A stretch of DNA of 64,000 bases from Desulfolutivibrio sp. GTDB lineage: Bacteria > Desulfobacterota > Desulfovibrionia > Desulfovibrionales > Desulfovibrionaceae. The position numbers and the translations under genes are program-made. A model generated the notes under the pieces. The model worked only from the letters and a program-made list of their open reading frames with translations. It did no database searches and was not told the origin of the DNA. This document shows positions 59,007-64,000 of the stretch, one piece after another. The stretch covers positions 1,246-65,245 of the forward strand of contig NZ_JAZHDB010000091.1 in the NCBI RefSeq assembly GCF_036584575.1, written 5' to 3'. Within the stretch, counting starts at the first letter, position 1. Each line of letters begins with the position of its first letter.

Positions 59007-60207
59007 AACCTTTCGCGACAAGAACATGGCGCGGATCCTGGCCAGGATCAAAAGCGAAATGGGTCCGGATGCGGTCATCCTGAGCAACCAGACCGTGCGG
59101 GAAAACGGCCAATGCCTGTGTGAGATCATGGCCGCCGTGGAGTCGGTCGAGGAGGCCCCCAAGACGGCTGCCCGGGAGAAGGTGCTGACCATCCCCGCCG
59201 CCCCGGCCAAGGGGAACGGCGCACGGAACCGTCCCGCAGCCGCCAGGCCCGAAACGGACCCGATGGCCGACATGATCCTTCCCGGCGCCGCCTCCGGCGA
59301 CGGCTGGCGACGGGAATGGGACGAAATTCGCGACCACATGATGGCCCTGCTCAAACCTGGTCTGAAATTTGACAGGCTCGAACCCCGCCAACGCCTGGCT
59401 TTGCAATACCTGGAACGCGAAGGCGTGGAGGATGCCGTTTTATTGACGTTGTTCCGGTCCCTGACCGACTGCGGGGAACGCACCGTCCTGCCCGCCCTGT
59501 CCCGCATGGTCGGGATCAAGCCCCTGCCCTCGGACAGTTGGGGCCAACGCGTCCACGTCCTGGTCGGCCCCTCGGGCGCGGGCAAGACCACGGCCGTCTT
59601 GCGCCTGGCCCTGGCCAGAAAACGCCAACATCCGAATACGCCGGTCACGGTGGCCGCCCTGTGGGACGGTTCGACGGGCTCGGCCATGCTCAAACGCTAT
59701 GCCGAGCTTTCGGGCATCACCTTTAGGAGCGTGACCAGCCCAGAAGAATTCCGGACCCTGTGGGAAAGTCTTGGGCCCAGCGGGTGGGCCTTTGCGGAAA
59801 TGCCCTGCCTGCGCGGCGAAGAAAGCATGGACCAGCGCCTGCGCGCCCTGGGCATGGCCGGACATCCCGGCGTGGCCGTACACTTGGCGCTGAGCCCCAT
59901 CTGCGCCACGGCCCAGCTCCGGTCCTTCGCGGCCCGCTACCGGGCCAGCGCGCCGGGCAGTATTGTCTGGACGAAGCTTGATGAAGCCTGTAATTTCGGG
60001 ACTCTGATCAATGTGGCGCATGCCGTGGATCTGCCGGTCTCGGCCCTGTCCCATGGACCTGAACTGAACCGGAACCTCACGACGGCCACCGCCACCGACG
60101 TATGGAAACTCATCTTCAAGCACCAGTTCCCCGGCGAAACCGCCAGGGACTCCCAACCCGGACGAGGCACGAAACAAAGCGCCACGACGGCGAAAAGCGC
60201 GGCGTAG
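58996..60207 (+). CDS. flhF: FlhF-like SRP GTPase (degenerate)
   Basis: MGPDAVILS N-terminus, GPSGAGKTT, TKLDE; lies between flhA and flhG. Confidence 0.85.
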   Translation: MRVRTFRDKNMARILARIKSEMGPDAVILSNQTVRENGQCLCEIMAAVESVEEAPKTAAREKVLTIPAAPAKGNGARNRPAAARPETDPMADMILPGAASGDGWRREWDEIRDHMMALLKPGLKFDRLEPRQRLALQYLEREGVEDAVLLTLFRSLTDCGERTVLPALSRMVGIKPLPSDSWGQRVHVLVGPSGAGKTTAVLRLALARKRQHPNTPVTVAALWDGSTGSAMLKRYAELSGITFRSVTSPEEFRTLWESLGPSGWAFAEMPCLRGEESMDQRLRALGMAGHPGVAVHLALSPICATAQLRSFAARYRASAPGSIVWTKLDEACNFGTLINVAHAVDLPVSALSHGPELNRNLTTATATDVWKLIFKHQFPGETARDSQPGRGTKQSATTAKSAA

Positions 60208-60303
60208 GGGATCATGCGGCCAAACCTCCCCACGGCGACGCCCGCAGAAAACAAAGACAAGCGTCGTCTCTTACCGATGACGGCGCGACGTGGAGCATAC
60301 GCA

Positions 60304-61137
60304 GTGACGGCCCAGACGGAACTCCCCCTGGTCTTCTCGGTCACCTCCGGCAAAGGAGGCGTGGGCAAGACCAATCTCTCGGTCAACCTGGCCTATTGCC
60401 TGAGCCGCATGGGCAAGCGCACGGTCATTCTGGATGCGGACCTGGGACTGGCCAACGTGGACGTGCTGCTTGGCCTGACCCCCAAACTCAATCTCTTCCA
60501 TCTTTTCCACGAGGGCGTGACCCTCAATCGCGTGCTGTGCCAGACCCCTTACGGCTTTTCCATCCTGCCCGCCTCCTCGGGCGTGGGGGAAATGCTGACC
60601 CTGTCCACGGGCCAGAAGCTGGAGCTTTTGGAGGCCATGGACTACCTCGAAAACCGCATCGACTATCTTATCGTGGACACGGGGGCGGGGATCAGCGACA
60701 ATGTCATTTATTTCAACCTGGCGGCCCGGGAACGACTGTTGGTTCTGACCACGGAACCCACCTCCCTGACCGACGCCTACGCCCTGATCAAGGTCATGCA
60801 CATCAACCATGCCGTGAATCGGTTCCGGGTGTTGGTGAACATGGCCCAAAGCGCCAAGGCGGCCATGGTGGTGTACGAAAAACTCTATCAGGCCTGCGAC
60901 CGTTTCCTCAGCGGCATCTCCCTGGACTTCACGGGATTCGTGCCCCAGGATCCGGCTGTCAGGGCCGCAGTCATTCGGCAGAAGCCCTTTTGCGTCGATT
61001 CCCCCGGGGCCCCAGCCAGCAGGAAACTGGAGGACATCGCCCGGACCATCACTACCTGGGATATCCCGGCAACCCTCGATGGAAACATCAAATTCTTTTG
61101 GAAAAAGCTCCTCTTCCAGGAACAGCCCCTGGCTTAG
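60304..61137 (+). CDS. flhG: MinD-like ATPase FlhG/FleN
   Basis: SGKGGVGKT, DADLGLAN, DTGAG, EPTSLTDAYALIK; GTG start after GGAG (ORF open from 60214). Confidence 0.92.
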   Translation: MTAQTELPLVFSVTSGKGGVGKTNLSVNLAYCLSRMGKRTVILDADLGLANVDVLLGLTPKLNLFHLFHEGVTLNRVLCQTPYGFSILPASSGVGEMLTLSTGQKLELLEAMDYLENRIDYLIVDTGAGISDNVIYFNLAARERLLVLTTEPTSLTDAYALIKVMHINHAVNRFRVLVNMAQSAKAAMVVYEKLYQACDRFLSGISLDFTGFVPQDPAVRAAVIRQKPFCVDSPGAPASRKLEDIARTITTWDIPATLDGNIKFFWKKLLFQEQPLA

Positions 61138-61867
61138 GCTGGATTCTGGGGAAACCGCCTGGGAAGACTTCGATCTCCGCGACCGGGAGGAGATCGTCAG
61201 GCATTTTGCGCCCAAAACCAAAATCCTGGCCCTGCGCCTCAAGGCCAAGCTCCCCCAGAGCGTGGAGCTTGGGGAACTGATCAGCGCCGGATCCCTGGGG
61301 CTCATGGAGGCCTTGAAACGGTTTCGCCCCGAGTTGAACATCAAGTTCGACACCTATGCCGAAAACCGCATCAAAGGGGCCATGCTCGACGAACTGCGGC
61401 GCATGGACCGCTTCTCACGCGGCCAGCGCCACCGCATCCGGACCCTTGAGGAACTCATCCGCCGCCTGGAGCACGAGCACGGCGAATCCCCCTCCGTGGA
61501 GGCCCTGGCCGACGCCTCGGGGCTGACCATCCGCGAGGTCTCCCAAAGCATGGAGGCCCTGCAAAACCAGTTGTGCATCAGCCTGGACGCCATTACCGAG
61601 AACCTGTCTTCCTACAAGATCAACCAAAACGACAACGAGCCCTTCAAGTCGACGGAATTCAAGGAGCTGGTGGACAAGCTGGCCGGGCTCATCGACGACC
61701 TGACGCCCCGGGAGAAGCTGGTGCTCTCCCTGTACTACGGCGAGGAGCTCAACATGCGCGAGACCTCTGAGGTCATGGGCATCACCGAGGGCCGGGTGTC
61801 CCAACTGCATTCCCAGGCCCTGGCCAGATTGCGGCAAAAATTCAAGACCGACTTCGGCATCGACTGA
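61079..61867 (+). CDS. fliA: flagellar sigma factor sigma28
   Basis: FDTYAENRIKGAMLDELR, LYYGEELNMRE, TEGRVSQLHSQA. Confidence 0.94.
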   Translation: METSNSFGKSSSSRNSPWLRLDSGETAWEDFDLRDREEIVRHFAPKTKILALRLKAKLPQSVELGELISAGSLGLMEALKRFRPELNIKFDTYAENRIKGAMLDELRRMDRFSRGQRHRIRTLEELIRRLEHEHGESPSVEALADASGLTIREVSQSMEALQNQLCISLDAITENLSSYKINQNDNEPFKSTEFKELVDKLAGLIDDLTPREKLVLSLYYGEELNMRETSEVMGITEGRVSQLHSQALARLRQKFKTDFGID

Positions 61868-61961
61868 TCGCAGGCGTCGCCCATGAAGGTCAACACGTTC
61901 AGCCCGTCGCCCCGGAATCTCCCGTGAGGGAACCCCGGGAACGCGACACCCGCCGCGCATC

Positions 61962-62699
61962 ATGAGCAAGGACAAAGGCGCCTCATCCTCCGCGAAAGCC
62001 CCTGCGGCCATGGACGATCCGGTTGACGCCGGATTGACCAAGGCCAAGCTCGACGACACGGAGCTCAGCGACGAGTTGCCCAAAGCCTTGCAAAAGGTCG
62101 AGTTGGACCTGGACGACGCGCCGTTTCTGGAAGACGAAAAAGACGAACAGCCGCCTCCCGCCCCCGAGGAGGATTCCGTCCGCACGGACGATGCGCCTGC
62201 GCCTTCCCCCTGGTGGAAGAAAAAAGCCATTCTCTTCGGCGGCGCCGGACTTGTGCTCGTCATCCTGGCCGCCGCTGCCTATTTCCTGTTTTTCTCCGAA
62301 AAAAAAGACGAGGCCCCGCCCCCGCCGCCAATCGAAGAGGAGGCTGCGCAGGCCCCCACGGAAACACCCGCACAGCCTCCCACGCCCGAGGAAAAAGAGG
62401 TCGTGGTGGTCATGGAGCCCTTCCTCGTGGAGCAGGTCAACGAAAAAGGCGAGTCGTTCCTGGTCAGCCTCCAGTTCACCGCGGGCGCCAAAAATCCCGA
62501 TCTCGAGAAGGAACTTGCCCGGAACACGGTTGTGCTTCGGGATGCCGTGTATTATTATCTTAAAAATAAACAATTGATTTTTTTGGACGACGTGAAGGTT
62601 GCCGACGCCCTTAAACAGGACATCATGTCGGTGATGAATCAATTTCTGGGAGACGCGCAGATCGAAACCCTGTTCATCGAAAAATACGTGGTGAAGTGA
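61962..62699 (+). CDS. fliL: FliL-family protein with acidic N-terminal extension
   Basis: single TM, Pro-rich linker, EPFLVE...LRDAVYYYL...LKQDI. Confidence 0.7.
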   Translation: MSKDKGASSSAKAPAAMDDPVDAGLTKAKLDDTELSDELPKALQKVELDLDDAPFLEDEKDEQPPPAPEEDSVRTDDAPAPSPWWKKKAILFGGAGLVLVILAAAAYFLFFSEKKDEAPPPPPIEEEAAQAPTETPAQPPTPEEKEVVVVMEPFLVEQVNEKGESFLVSLQFTAGAKNPDLEKELARNTVVLRDAVYYYLKNKQLIFLDDVKVADALKQDIMSVMNQFLGDAQIETLFIEKYVVK

Positions 62700-62700
62700 C

Positions 62701-63018
62701 ATGTCCATCGACCTCAGCACTGTCCTCCAGGTCATGCCCTACGCCCAAAACGTCGCCCACGCCGAGGTGATCCATCCCGGGGTGCAGCAGGCCACGGCGG
62801 CGGAACTGGCCCTGCAGCGGCTGCGCGAGGAGAGCGAGCAGGTTCCCAAGGTCGAAGAACAGGACGCCGCCGATTCCATCACGGACCAGGACGAGGAACG
62901 TCGCCGCGACGGACGCCAGCCCCGCAAGCGCCAGGCCCGGCATCCGGCCGGGGAAGAAGAAACGACGCCGACCCACGTCACCCCCTGGACGGGAAACATC
63001 ATCGACGCCAAGATATGA
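62701..63018 (+). CDS. hypothetical protein in flagellar operon
   Basis: adjacent to fliL stop; ends GNIIDAKI. Confidence 0.7.
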   Translation: MSIDLSTVLQVMPYAQNVAHAEVIHPGVQQATAAELALQRLREESEQVPKVEEQDAADSITDQDEERRRDGRQPRKRQARHPAGEEETTPTHVTPWTGNIIDAKI

Positions 63019-63067
63019 GGGACATGTTCCGACTCCCTAACACACGCCCCCGCTTCAAGGTTGGTCC

Positions 63068-63487
63068 ATGAGCGCCGAACCCTATCTGATCCTTTTTCTC
63101 ACGTTGAGCGAACTGGCGCTCATCGTGTTGGTGGTCATCTTTTTTTCCCGCCTGCGACGCTCCGAGGGGCTTTTGCACAGGATGCAAAACAACCAGGAGC
63201 AGTTGTTGGAAAAACTGCGGGTCAACGCCCAACTCGAACAGGAACTGGTGTCGAGCTTCAAACGCCGCCATGCCGAACTCCTGGCCCTGGACGAAAAGCT
63301 CGAAGAACGCCGGGCAGAGTTGGAGCGGCTTCTCAAGCAGGCCCGCGAGGTGTCCCGATCCCCCCAGTTCCTGCGCCAGGTCATCCTCAATGGCCACAAG
63401 AAGGGGCAGTCCATCGACGCCCTGGCCAAATCCACGGGCCTAGCCCCGGACGAGGTGCGTCTGATCCTCGAACAGGCTGCGTCCTGA
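63068..63487 (+). CDS. hypothetical TM/coiled-coil protein with C-terminal HTH-like motif
   Basis: N-terminal TM; GQSIDALAKSTGLAPDEVRLIL. Confidence 0.75.
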   Translation: MSAEPYLILFLTLSELALIVLVVIFFSRLRRSEGLLHRMQNNQEQLLEKLRVNAQLEQELVSSFKRRHAELLALDEKLEERRAELERLLKQAREVSRSPQFLRQVILNGHKKGQSIDALAKSTGLAPDEVRLILEQAAS

Positions 63488-63555
63488 CCCGGCGCCAGAG
63501 AGGAGACGACTTGCGCCGACACACCCATCCTTTCCCATCGGCCTGAGGTGTTCCC

Positions 63556-64000
63556 ATGGCTGGCCGTGACCTCGAAGACTTCCGCCGTGCGTTCCGATCC
63601 GGAGAACGGGTTGTGGGCCGGGTGCTTTCCCGCCCCGACGCCCGGCATGCCCTGGTGGACATCTCCGGCTTCGAGCTTCTGGCCGCCACCGACACCGATC
63701 CGCCCCCCGGGGCCAGGCTGACCTTTTCCATCATCCGGATGCATCCGGTGGTGGTGCTGCGCGAGATCGCCCGGGACCACGCCGATCCCAATGCCGCTCT
63801 TCCCCGCCGCATAGCAGGACTTCTGTCCTCCCTGGCCAGCGCCCGGGCCGCCTTCGAGCCGCAACTGACCGGCCTTCGACCGCCTCCCGCCCCATCCTCC
63901 GGCCAGGCCGTCGATCTGGTGGACCTCAAACGCCGGTTTCTGTCCGCGCTTTGCGCCGATGAAACGGCTTTCGCCGCCTACCGGCGCCTGGCCCGGCTGA
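63556..64000 (+). CDS. hypothetical protein, truncated by window end (not in ORF track)
   Basis: GAGGTG RBS, ATG 63556, MAGRDLEDFRRAFRSGERVVGRV... with no stop before 64000. Confidence 0.6.
   Translation, partial: MAGRDLEDFRRAFRSGERVVGRVLSRPDARHALVDISGFELLAATDTDPPPGARLTFSIIRMHPVVVLREIARDHADPNAALPRRIAGLLSSLASARAAFEPQLTGLRPPPAPSSGQAVDLVDLKRRFLSALCADETAFAAYRRLARL

Noticed and set aside
61079-61137. 59-bp flhG/fliA overlap
   Set aside because: A modest overlap with an uncertain fliA start; unremarkable in flagellar operons.

Overview
GC-rich (about 65% by eye) chromosomal window, most likely from a Desulfovibrionaceae-type sulfate reducer; this is inferred from gene content and order. Core genes: hisD (partial), purC, acs, degP, ispE-tRNA-Gln-prs-rplY-pth-carD-rho, an M48 protease, alpha-2-macroglobulin, clpS-clpA-aat, a chemosensory operon (soluble MCP-like, STAS, cheY/A/W/R/B), cheD-HDOD, ttcA and the flagellar export block fliR-flhB-flhA-flhF-flhG-fliA-fliL. 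There are three tRNAs and a yybP-ykoY (Mn) riboswitch ahead of a Tim44-domain/TerC pair. Accessory parts are two AT-rich orphan islets, an ISL3 remnant, and two secreted zinc-peptidase-like proteins that share a short post-signal motif. The top candidate for an undescribed system is the minus-strand operon at 8391-13500: nickel-pincer nucleotide cofactor genes larE-larB-larC with no larA in the window, translationally coupled to a Tat-signal DUF362 protein and a membrane polyferredoxin with an internal twin-arginine motif. This suggests an exported Ni-pincer redox enzyme wired to the membrane. No CRISPR array or intact mobile element was seen. All calls come from reading motifs by eye; no database searches were run.
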